Assembly (NCBI GenBank): GCA_951406725.2 | Contig: OX597823.1 | Span: 69,068,001-69,132,000 of the forward strand | Reading direction: 5' to 3' | DNA from: Octopus vulgaris | Taxonomy: Eukaryota | DNA length: 64,000 nucleotides | In this document: positions 1 through 11,272 of the stretch, in pieces | Layout: the number at the start of each line of letters is the position of its first letter | How positions within the stretch are numbered: position 1 is the stretch's first letter | The notes under the pieces: model-generated | The model's database searches: none | What the model saw: only the letters and a program-made list of their open reading frames with translations | Told to the model about the DNA's origin: nothing | Made by a program: the position numbers and the translations under genes

Positions 1-129
1 CTTGCTGGGACAGTCATGTATCTCCTCTTCAATTAGTTGCCTTTTCCTGTCCTTTCATCATATTTCAATATTTCACCACTTGATATTTAACCACCTCTCT
101 CAATACTACACTCTGACTCAGTTGAAGGG

Positions 130-325
130 TTATTTGGTGACCTTGCTAATACTGCTACTTTGAAAAAAAGTTATTCATTACCCTCTGTGAAATATTTGGC
201 TTTAGTAAGGATATCCAGCCATAGTAACCATGCCAAGCAGACATCTGAGTTCAGTGCAGTCCTCTGCAGTTCCTGTCAAATGTCCAACCCATATCAGCAT
301 GGAAAATGAATGTTAAACGATGATC
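130..325 (+). mobile_element. Degenerate RTE-LINE 3' end (family B)
   Basis: Decayed match to the family-B terminus (aaggatatccagcc...tccaacccatatcagcatggaaaatgaatgttaaacgatgat). Confidence 0.65.
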
Positions 326-1318
326 ACACTTCTTATCATAATGATGATTTTAAATATATAATCATATATATTCATACATAAATATATGTCCAGATATATA
401 CACAAACATTATACATATATAAGTATAATTGCATACATGTTTCCATACATACATACATACATACATACATACACACATACATACATGCATATACATATGT
501 GCATACACACATGCAAATATGTATATGCGCATATATATATATTTAGATGAGTATGTATATACATATATTATATGCATACAGACCATGCACACATACATAC
601 ACATATGTGTATGCGTCTACATATGAAGCATATAATTTTGTTTGTAATCCTGTTCATTTCCTCAGGGAACATGAACTTCTACGAATGTATTTACTTTGTG
701 TCAAGTGCTCAGCTATTTTTTGCCTTTTCAATGTTTTTCTATTATATTTATATTTTATACGCTATATTTACTCTGTTTTATTTTTTTATTTTTGTTTTAC
801 ATGTGATCTTTTATTTACAATGTAGATTACTAGTTCAATAGCAAACGACAATACAACTGTTTGTTCTAAGCTGATAAAGTGCAGATTAGTTGGTTACAAG
901 AACACTTAATTGGTAATCAGATGATGGCTTTCTTAAATGGTTATCATTTCAAGTAGCAACCTAACATGACCTGACGGCACCAGGTTGTTACTTTCACTTT
1001 CGTTTTTCCCATCTCATTGATATGCTTGCATACTTGTATAAATACATATATGTGCTGTACTCTTACTGGTTTCAGGTAATAAATGCAGTCATGCTGAAGC
1101 AACATCTTGAAAGGTTTTTTTGATTGATCGTATCAAAACTAGTAATTATATCAGTTGAGTAATCATTTTATCAATTTTTATTCATTGAAAGGATCAATTT
1201 ACTATTTAGTGTACTGCGATACAGATCAACGCACTATCTACACCAGTATGCAGGCAAGCAGCACACACATACATAGTTACATGAAAACAACGATGCATGT
1301 ATGTGTACATTGAGTGTA

Positions 1319-1353
<35 letters not shown>

Positions 1354-1468
1354 CATCATCATCATCATCATCATCATCATTATCCTGATAAGTTAGCATT
1401 TTGACCCAAAATACTGGCAGAATAAGTTCCATGCATGTGTATATATGCAATTATGTATATATATATGC

Positions 1469-1532
<64 letters not shown>

Positions 1533-1544
1533 ATGTATGTATGT

Positions 1545-1594
<50 letters not shown>

Positions 1595-1769
1595 ATACAA
1601 TCAATTTGAGGAAGTTATATCATCATTAGGGATTATATAATCCAAAATATTCCACTGGTTGATCTCTATCATAGAATGCAAAAGTCACAGGTATATGTAA
1701 GGGATTGTTGTAATTATATATATTTTCCTTCAATATTAATATATATATATATATACATATATATATACA

Positions 1770-1940
1770 CCAGCATCCTTCAATGTTCACATGGATTAGA
1801 GGGTTGACAGAATCTGACAGAGGACTACATCATGTTTCAATATCTGCTTTGGCATAATTTCTACAATTGGGTGCTGTTCCTAACATTAGCCACTTTAGCA
1901 AGTGAACAGAATGCTTTTTACACGGCATCAGCACCCCATA
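1770..1940 (-). mobile_element. Degenerate RTE-LINE 3' end (family B)
   Basis: Reverse-complement similarity to the family-B terminus (ttggcataatttctacaattgggtgctgttcctaac). Confidence 0.55.
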
Positions 1941-3182
1941 TAGTGCACGAGACTAAGATCCTCTACAACTGAGTGGAACTACAGTGGAGAGGGTGGCAAT
2001 TTTATATAAGATGATAAAAGATTACACTATGAAGGAAAGTGTGTGTGTGATGGGGTGTAACAGGCTTCTTGTGGTAGAGAGATATATGGCTGTTCAAATT
2101 ATACAAGAACTGGTGGTATATGGGATTATGGAATTCCACACAATTTCATTGACTGAATTCAGCTCACAATTTATTGGTCTTTTCAAGGCTAGTCTACAAA
2201 ATACTCAATCAAAGTACCACTTATTGGTGTCAAAACAAGGACTACATCTGTGCAAAGTGAACTTGTCAATAACATGGCTATACCTGCATCTATAAACATA
2301 CTTACACATATATGCATACACAAATGTATACATCACACATGCATATATTCATAATGGCATACAATTGTACCAATGCACATATTTTCATTCTTCTATTCAT
2401 AGAAATTCCAGTTCTTAAATTTAAGCATGTTTAAACATACATACAAAAGTACAGTTGTAATTATACCTGTATTTTTAATTGGTTTAAAAATATTAGCTTT
2501 GTAGGAGGGACAGTGTCTATGGCCATTGTGGTGATGGGTAGAGCAATCCAGTTTATAATAATAGTGATGTTCTCTAAGCTTTGTAAACTGTATTCTTTCT
2601 CAGAATTGCTGCTCCCCATCTATGATTGAACCATTTGGTTCACACAGACACACAGACATACAACAGCTCCTTTATAAGAACCAGTTAGCTTAAGACATCA
2701 TCAGGAAGAACCATGTCCAGTTTTGACGTGCCTCCCCACCCCTTTTGGAGGTGTCTTCAGCTCTGGTATTGAGTGCATGTCTTCTTTCTCCTTTCCTCTG
2801 TTATTCTTGAGTTCTTATTATTTCCCATGTTATGTATTAGTGGTTCAGCAAATTTTGCTCAATACATTTCGATCACTAATTCTGTTTTCTTCTACAGTTT
2901 ATGAAGTAGGAAAGTCTCTTTTTGGGAGATATTTCTTTGTTTTATAGATTCTACTTTATAATTTCTATGCTCTGTAACTATAGGCTTAATATGATTCTGT
3001 TTTATTTTTGAGGTTGGTATTTATAATGATAGGCAGGTGCAGATGTAATAGATGTATTACTCAAACGTGTTACTCCTGCTACTATCTATTGGTACCCAGG
3101 CCACATATATGTTTTTAAAGTTGTTGACACCACTGGATTGAATAGTATTGCCCTGGTGTCAAAACCTTAATGATATCTGTTA

Positions 3183-3441
3183 AATATAATAAACGTACCC
3201 TTTTAAAGTCTAGCCAGGCTCATGGGTCCAGTTTCCCAGTTTCTATGGCGTATATGTTTCCCAGCTGGATGGGACGCCAGTCCATCACAGCATTACTCAT
3301 TTTTGCCAGCTGAGTGGACTGGGGCAATGTGAAATGAAGTGTTCTGCTCAAGAACACAATGCGTCGCCTGATCCAGGAATCGAAACCACAATCTTACGAT
3401 CATAGTGCTGACACCCTAACCCCTAAGCCACGTGCCTTTAC
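3183..3441 (-). mobile_element. tRNA-derived SINE (family E) with 14-bp target site duplication
   Basis: Minus strand has an A box (TGGCTTAGGGG), a B box (GGTTTCGATTCC), a CORE-like gtgttcttgagcagaacactt and gatggactggcgtcccatccag. AATGATATCTGTTA is duplicated at 3169-3182 and 3442-3455. A second copy lies at about 60160-60345. Confidence 0.85.
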
Positions 3442-3716
3442 AATGATATCTGTTAGGCAGCTGATAATGGCCGTATATGTTTGATATGTTTGTTGTCTGT
3501 TAATCTTTTATATCTTGGGTTTCATTATTCTGAATTGTTCTTCATTCTAATTAGGATGAACATGTTTTAGGGTTCATGGTTTATGGTTACTACATATATG
3601 ATACTGCATGATTGTCTTCATTAGTAATCTTAGTATACTAGGTTGATACTTAATTAATGGCTTTTAGTTTCCAGAAGTTCTGTTGCATATATATATTTGT
3701 ATGATTGATTGATTAT

Positions 3717-3807
<91 letters not shown>

Positions 3808-3812
3808 TTATG

Positions 3813-4032
3813 TATGAGGTGGTGCTAAATGTTCCTAGCTTTGGATAAAAGAAAATACAGGAGGATCAGTTAATTAGGATTTTACTCAACATATTCCCCT
3901 CTTAGATTTACACACTTATTGCAGCAGTTCCTCCAGTTTTTCCAAGCCCTGTAAAAGAACTTGGGTGGTTGGATCTCCAACCAGGCTCTTTATGATGCTT
4001 TAAAGCCAGCAACTTCTCAGCAGCCTCCCATA
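3813..4032. mobile_element. Mariner-derived MITE
   Basis: Imperfect terminal inverted repeats (gaggtggtgctaaatgttcctagcttt / aaagccagcaacttctcagcagcctc). The internal minus strand encodes the mariner C-terminus CNKCVNLRGEYVE*. Confidence 0.7.
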
Positions 4033-4073
4033 TATTTGTGTGTATATATATCCTTGTATGTGAGTATATTGGC

Positions 4074-4129
<56 letters not shown>

Positions 4130-4284
4130 AAATAATATTTTATAAGCTTAAAGCTTATAAGCGATCACTGTACATTGACTTAGGTAAATGGTCTAATATT
4201 GAGGCATATAACCCGTCGATGGAAAAAAGTAGGGTTTACTGTATGCATGGGACTTGAACCCACATCTCTATGTATATGTATATG

Positions 4285-4360
<76 letters not shown>

Positions 4361-5252
4361 TTCCTGTTTTAACAGCTCACATATAGCTGATGTACAAAAT
4401 CAATTTAAAAATTAAAAGCAACAGAGATGTTAAAATTTAAGTTAGTAATTCTGCTGAATTTCACATTCTTAAAATAACTTTTTTTTCTTCTTTGTAAAGC
4501 AACAAGTTTTCATGTAGATTTGTTGAATTGTTTTCCTAATTAATTAACATGAAATATTTTAATAAATGAAATTTTAGGGAAAAAAACAACAACAACAACA
4601 AAAGCAAAAGCATTTAAACAACTGCTGAGAATAACCTACTTCAAATAGATTTTTCAATTAAGACTTCACGTTGGGATATGGCTGTAAAGTTTTCTAAGTG
4701 AATGAACAATAATGTAATAAATGGATACAGTAAAGAAAGAAATAGAAGGAAAAGAAAATAGATAGAGCAGAAAAATCTTTCAAACTATCAGTGGCATTTT
4801 GAAATGAAGTCTTATCAACAATCATTCGGATGTCAGCACTTCACAGTAGTTGGCACGGTATTATAGTTTGAAGATAATGTAATTTTTACTATTATTATTA
4901 TTATTATTATTATTACTTCTATGTTTTTTATTTTGTTTTGTTTTCTGTAAAGGTTTCTCTGCTCATCTATCAAATGCATCTTTGGAAATGTAAATTGAAT
5001 AAAAACAAAAGAGAAAAGATAAGTAAAAAAAGACCATACAAACATCTTGGAAATCAATTATTTAAAATCTTAAATCCCTCACATCAAGCTGGCAACACAA
5101 GTTCTGCAAGTGCTTAATAGCATCCCTTGCATTTTTGATTGTTCAGATATATTTTCTAATAGGAAGTTCAGATAATCGGTATATAACTCTAGGAAGAATT
5201 TTATTAATAAAAAATATCTCATCTACACAAACACACACGTACATATATATAT

Positions 5253-5520
5253 ACAAGTGTTGGCTGAAAAGTTTAGAGACTGACTATGAAGAAGTATGCT
5301 AGAGCTGCAAAATTTTGTATTGCATTAATTCCAACTGCATTTTCTTTTTCCTAAGTAAACTGACATCTCACAGGTCAAAGAAGACTTCAAAAGTATGTAG
5401 TTGCAACTTCTCTTGAAAATGAACAAAATTTGACATTGTAGTGTTATAAAGTACCTTTTGTAAAAGGGTTCAGCCATCAAGGACATTCAAGCTGACATGG
5501 TTGCAACATGAGAAGAGAAT
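5253..5520 (+). mobile_element. Mariner 5' end relic (TIR-like start plus transposase N-terminus)
   Basis: From ATG about 5419: MNKI*HCSVIKYL...KG...KDIQADMVAT, resembling the mariner N-terminal HTH. It is truncated by the hammerhead element at 5521. Confidence 0.55.
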
Positions 5521-5570
5521 GCATGCTACTCGAAAAAAGGTCAACAGAAATTTCTAAAAAATTCCATTAT

Positions 5571-5628
5571 TACCATATCGGTCCGATTTCAGAGTTAGCT
5601 ACTAAGAGCCCTCTCTTCATCAGTGATA
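5571..5628 (-). ncRNA. Type I hammerhead ribozyme, copy 1
   Basis: Minus strand reads UAUCA-CUGAUGA-AGAG(agggcucuuaguagcuaa)CUCU-GAAA-UCGGACCGA-U-A-UGGUA. The core is intact, with stem I 5 bp, stem II 4 bp, stem III 4 bp and cleavage triplet AUA. Confidence 0.85.
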
Positions 5629-6059
5629 CATGTGGCAAAAGAAATAAATGAGATATTTACTTATACCCATGGAAGAAGCAAATACTAAGTCATGGGCACA
5701 ACTAAGTACCTCAAATAGATCCAAAATAGAAATACTCCAGCCCATTCGAGGCACGTGCGATTTGAACTGAGGCTCTCACAGAGTGAGTTAGTTAGTTCAG
5801 AAGTGAAGGCTTAAATTTATATTTATATCAAATGTGAGGATAAAATTCTTTTCGAAAAAATTTTATCAATGGCCAGCATATTAAAAAATACCTTTAACGG
5901 TTAAATTTATAAACAATTCATAAATGAGGGCAAAGGAAAAAATTTCTAATGCCAAATATGCCAAAAAATTGGACCTATTGTCCATTAACCATATAATTTT
6001 TTCACAATACGCACGCTACTCGAAAAAGGTCGACAGAAATTTCTAAAAAATTCCATTAT

Positions 6060-6117
6060 TACCATATCGGTCCGATTTCAGAGTTAGCTACTAAGAGCCC
6101 TCTCTTCATCAGTGATA
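6060..6117 (-). ncRNA. Type I hammerhead ribozyme, copy 2
   Basis: Identical 58-nt sequence to copy 1, offset by 489 nt. Confidence 0.85.
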
Positions 6118-6779
6118 CATGTGGCAAAAGAAATAAATTTTTCGGCATATTTGGCATTAGAAATTTTTTCCTTTGCCCTCATTTATGAATTGTTTATAAA
6201 TTTAACTGTTAAAGGTATTTTTTAATATGCTGGCCATTGATAAAATTTTTTTCGAGAAAATATTTTTTCGAAAAGAATTTTATCCTCACATTTGATATAT
6301 ATGTATATATGTATATATACACATATCTATTTATCTATCTGTATGTATATGTATATGTATATGTATATATATACATGTACATGTATATGTATATATAAAG
6401 GGTGGAAAGAGTTAATGTCAGTGTCACTCGTAATGTGACCTAACTTGTGATGTTTTGGTGGGACAGAAGACTAAATGTGGCTATGTACTATTGATAACCC
6501 CTCAAAACAGCATCCGTTGATTAGAAAAGAATACTATGGAGAGCATCAAGAAATTTCATCATCAAAGTTTCAAAGTGATAATTCACCATCAGTCCAAACA
6601 TCCTAATAGGTAACTAACCATTCCAGTTACTAAACTCTGGGTGGAATAAAACTTAGAAATTAAGGTAGGAAAAAATAGGCTGATTGATTAGAATATTATC
6701 AACAGGATATACCTGTTCACATTTAAGAAAATCTCCTGCAATAATAACAACTTCAAGGTCTGAAGACAAACATGCAAAT

Positions 6780-7095
6780 GAAAAGCCAGAGATGTGATGT
6801 GCCATATGAGATATATGGAAGGATATTGCCCTAACTGTAATGTAATGTAAAGATAATACCATAACTTATGTTAGAAGAAACAATCAATAGTATATGGCAA
6901 AGATTAGAGAACATTGGCAGGACTACAATGAAAAGAAGAAACCATTAATATTCTACCTGTTAAAGATAAACATGGCAGTTTGATACACAAGATAGAAGCA
7001 TAAGACTTTTATACAAGCCGACATGTAGACTAGTTACAGAAGCGATACATACATTATAGTCAGAAACCTAAGAGTCAACAGAAATTATAAACAAA
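6780..7095 (+). pseudogene. Decayed GIY-YIG endonuclease of a Penelope-like element
   Basis: Frame-broken peptides CKDNTITYV / ETINSIWQR / IREHWQDY ... RLVTEAIHI resemble the C..C...YVGET...R..EH ... R...EA..I pattern of PLE endonucleases. Confidence 0.5.
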
Positions 7096-7468
7096 CAATA
7101 ACTATAGTCTTATCATCACCACATTGCAGATATAAAATCAAAAACACTTCTACCATCAAAACAATCCAACAAATTGACAATAAATACAAAGATGATGGTT
7201 GAAAAAACATCTTGCAATTGATTCCAAACTAATGCGATAAAACAACAAAATTACAATATAAAATAATCCCATGGACTATTATACATACATGTATGTATAT
7301 TTATGCATACAGGCATGCATGTTCACTTACATACATATTTACACTGCTATCCCATGGAAGTATTTATTGCTAGGTATTCACGCATTCATGAGGGTATGTA
7401 TGTTGTAAGATACATACATGGATGTATACATAATGCACACATATACACACACACATACACATATATGC

Positions 7469-7503
<35 letters not shown>

Positions 7504-8036
7504 TCATAAATTACAGCTATTTCAACTTAATTTATAAAAGCAAGTTTTTCCTCAATAATAAAATATCATTAAAATATAATTGTTATTGATATAGGTAAAA
7601 CAACCCCAGTAAATTCTTCAGATATTTAATATCCCTTAGGTGGTTATTTAACGTCTAGCTAAATTGTATATATATATATATATATATACATATACACATA
7701 CACACACACACACAAAATTAGGGATAAAACCACAGATCCATTTGGCATCTGTTTCTAGCATGTTGGTGAGGTGTATCTGCACCATTTGATATAATTATAT
7801 ATACATATATATATATATATGTTGTAGTAGATCGACTCCTTTCTTTGTGCGGATTTCATTGACTTTTATTAGATACTGCGAACAAACAGAAGAAGAAATT
7901 AGACAACTTTAAATGTTCATCTGCTAAAATAACAGTCTTTTTTTAAAAAAAGTCACTACATTACTGACCACCAGTAGATCATATCTTAATATAGTTAATG
8001 TATATTTAAGATTTAAGTTTGCAAATGAGAGACTAA

Positions 8037-8612
8037 CAGAAAGTATGGAAGCTAGCAATGCCAAATCACAGAAAGTATGGAAAACTAGCAATGCCAAAAT
8101 CACAAAGTATGGAAATCTAGCAATGCCAAAATCACAAAGTATGAAAAGCTAGCAATGCCAAAATCACAAAGTATGGAAAGCTAGCAATGCCAAAATCACA
8201 AAGTATGGAAAGCTAGCAGTGCCAAAATCACAAAGTATGGAAAGCTAGCAGTGCCAAAATCACAAAGTATGTAAAGCTAGCAGTGCCAAAATCACAAAGT
8301 ATGTAAAGCTAGCAGTGCCAAAATCACAAAGTATGGAAAGCTAGCAGTGCCAAAATCACAGAAAGTATGGAAAGCTAGCAATGCCAAAATCACAAAGTAT
8401 GGAAAGCTAGCAATGCCAAAATCACAAAGTATGGAAAGCTAGCAATGCCAAAATCACAAAGTATGGAAAGCTAGCAGTGCCAAAATCACAAAGTATGTAA
8501 AGCTAGCAGTGCCAAAATCACAAAGTATGGAAAGCTAGCAGTGCCAAAATCACAAAGTATGGAATGCTAGCAATGCCAAAATCACAAAGTATGGAAAGCT
8601 AGCAATGCCAAA
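8037..8612. repeat. 32-bp minisatellite, about 18 units
   Basis: Head-to-tail unit AAAGTATGGAAAGCTAGCA(A/G)TGCCAAAATCAC with no spacers. Confidence 0.97.
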
Positions 8613-8671
8613 GATTTATGTGGATGCTTATGGTATTTGATATGGATAGAATAGGCCACACAAATACAACT

Positions 8672-8884
8672 TTAACTCTTGAACATTCAGATTTCTTTGT
8701 CAAATGTAAATCTTATTTATTCACATTGTTTTGAATTAATCATACATTTTCTCATAGCTTCACAATTTCTATGATGTGGTTGTTTATTTGTAGGGTAGGT
8801 GTGAGACATTGGATCTGCTCAGTTTTAACATAAAACCAGGAGAATATCTGGATCAGAAATGGCTGGATTAAATGCTAGAGTGAA
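8672..8884 (-). mobile_element. Degenerate TTAA-type MITE (same family as 26481-27141)
   Basis: Internal ttatttattcacattgttttgaattaatca is the reverse complement of part of the 26481-27141 element. Decayed TIRs ttaactcttgaacatt / aatgctagagtgaa. Confidence 0.65.
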
Positions 8885-9681
8885 GCCCACTTTCACTATC
8901 AAAGCAGGGATTAGCCTAGGGGTCCTATGACTAAATGTTTTAGGGGACTATCTATCTTTTATCCTTTTCTTGTTTCAGTCATTGGACTGTGGTCATTCTG
9001 GGGCTCTCTCTTTAAGGGTTTATTACATATACATTAGCAATAAGTAGATATCAGTTATTAGTGGTCAGTTACATAGTGACCTGGTAAACTTGAAATGCCA
9101 GTAGTGATGGTCATTATAATAGAGGACAGCTGATCTGTTGATGTCAGTGTTGGATGGTCAAGAAATATAATGACCAGCTGAATGGTAAAAATACAATTTT
9201 CATTCTGATATTTTGTTCATTATATTGTCTATTTTGCAGTGGTAGTAAAGGTCAGACGAATAAATATTACTAAAGCATTGCTTTACAGTCAGATGCCCGT
9301 CCTGTCATTAGAGATACTTACTTCACATGCTTGTAACTGAAACATTTTTCTTTCTTTTTCCATCTCTTCTGCAATCTGCAACAAAGAAAAAATGGAATTC
9401 TTTTGATTTTCATTTATGCATTACACTTTACCATTTCTCACTCTCTTTCTCCGTGTGCTCAATTACACACACACACACACAAAACATGTATATATGTATG
9501 AATGGATGAATGGATGGATGAATGGATGAATGAGTGAAAGAATGAATAAAATGACAATTGCCTTAGTGTTTAACATGTCTGCATAATTTATGGTGTGTCT
9601 GGATTATGATTCCAGTAGGCACTGAAGAACATTTTTGTCCAACCCATGCAAGCATGGAACATGATTATATACATACATGTG

Positions 9682-9757
<76 letters not shown>

Positions 9758-9789
9758 ATCAAACCAAATACATATATATATATATGTAA

Positions 9790-10350
9790 TCAAACCAAAT
9801 AAAATCAGATATCAGAAAGCAGAACCAAAATTGAGGTCGATCAACATCAGTGGAAATTGCAGCTGTGGTTAAGCGAACCATCCAATCGTGGCCGTTGCCA
9901 GCGCCGCCCCGTCTGGCCTCCGTGCTGGTGGCACGTAAAAGCACCATCCGTTCGTGTCCGTAGCCAGCCTCGCCTGCCCCCCATGCCAGTGGCACGTAAA
10001 AGCACCATCCGTTCGTGTCCATTGCCAGCCTTGCCTGGCCCCCGTGCCGGTGACACGTAAAAGCACCATCCGTTCGTGTTCGTTGCCAGCCTCGCCTGGC
10101 CCCCGTGCCGGTGGCACGTAAAAGCACCATCCGTTCGTGGCCGTTTGCCAGCTCCGTCTGGCACCTGTGCGGGTGGCACGTAAAAAGCACCCACTACACT
10201 CATGGAGTGGTTGGCGTTAGGAAGGGCATCCAGCCATAGAAACACTGCCAGATCAGACTGGGCCTGATGCAGCCTTCCGGCTTCACAGACCCCAGTTGAA
10301 CCGTCCAACACATGCTAGCATGGAAAGTAGACGCTAAATGATGATGATGA
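9790..10350 (+). mobile_element. RTE-LINE 3' UTR (family B) with about five 61-bp tandem units
   Basis: GCACCATCC recurs at 9941, 10002, 10063 and 10124. It ends with ggagtggttggcgttaggaagggcatccagc...catgctagcatggaaag and a (GAT)n tail. Confidence 0.9.
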
Positions 10351-10365
10351 TATATATATATATGC

Positions 10366-10560
10366 AGTTAATTCAAACAAGAAAGCACAAAAAACACAAC
10401 AATGCGAGGATGTGGAACAAATATAGTATTATTGGACGCTCAGGAAAGAAGGAAAGAAGGAGGGTTTAACTTTCGAGCGGAGCTCTTCGTCGGAAACACA
10501 GGAAAAGGAAAGATCCAGAGAAGGGAAGACAGTGGAAAAAAAATCGCCAACAGTACGCGC
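10366..10560 (-). mobile_element. Family C about 190-bp element (putative solo PLE pseudo-LTR) with minimal hammerhead motif
   Basis: Near-identical to 17378-17572 and 61446-61652 and flanked by (TA)n. Minus strand 10464-10497 reads GUUU-CCGACGA-A-GAGC-UCC-GCUC-GAAA-GUU-AAAC. Confidence 0.75.
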
Positions 10561-10657
10561 ATATATATATGCATATATATACTCACACACACACATAAAT
10601 GCATTCATATATATATATGTATATGTGAATGTGCATGTATATATGTGTATATATCAA

Positions 10658-10805
<148 letters not shown>

Positions 10806-11272
10806 TATACACATATATATACATACAGACATACACACACTTATACATATATAGTGACATATATATTTCTGCCTTTAGGTTGTAAAATTGCAAGTTAACC
10901 ACCCACATCATTTATAATTTTCGGTTTTACTGTTTATGAAACCAGCATATGATTTCAACAGAAATCTTATAAGCCGACAAGGCAAGCTGAATTTAACCCT
11001 AGGCACAATAAGAGGCACTGGTGAGCATTAAGATTCATTTAGCATAAAAATGCAAAATCATCAATGATCTGGCTATATCTGCAACCATCAAGAGCTTGCT
11101 TCCCTTGTCAGCTATTAAGATAGTGTTAAGATAGTGCTTCTGTGGCTATGGAGTTGTTTGACCCTTGTTTCTAGCAATTATGGTACTGATTAGTGCACTT
11201 TGTCTCACTTAGTGACATATATATTTCTGCCTTTAGGTTGTAAAACTGAGAATTAGCCGCCCATATTATTTA

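Larger units (their letters stand above)
5521..6298 (-). mobile_element. Hammerhead-bearing non-coding element (Penelope-like pseudo-LTR / retrozyme-like)
   Basis: Direct repeat 5521-5649 vs 6011-6138, each containing a hammerhead. Inverted repeat about 5824-5970 vs 6137-6298. It abuts a TA/TATG microsatellite and has no ORF. Confidence 0.8.

Noticed and set aside
2720-3680. Possible minus-strand PLE relic around the family E SINE
   Set aside because: Only faint motif resemblance, not supportable without a profile search.
8037-8612. CRISPR-like 32-bp repeat
   Set aside because: Units are contiguous with no unique spacers, no cas genes are present and the context is eukaryotic.
9759-10311. 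Overlapping repetitive ORFs, and a CRISPR-like look of the 61-bp units (also 28311-29126)
   Set aside because: GC-rich tandem units of the RTE 3' UTR stay open in several frames by chance, and the whole unit repeats, leaving no spacers.
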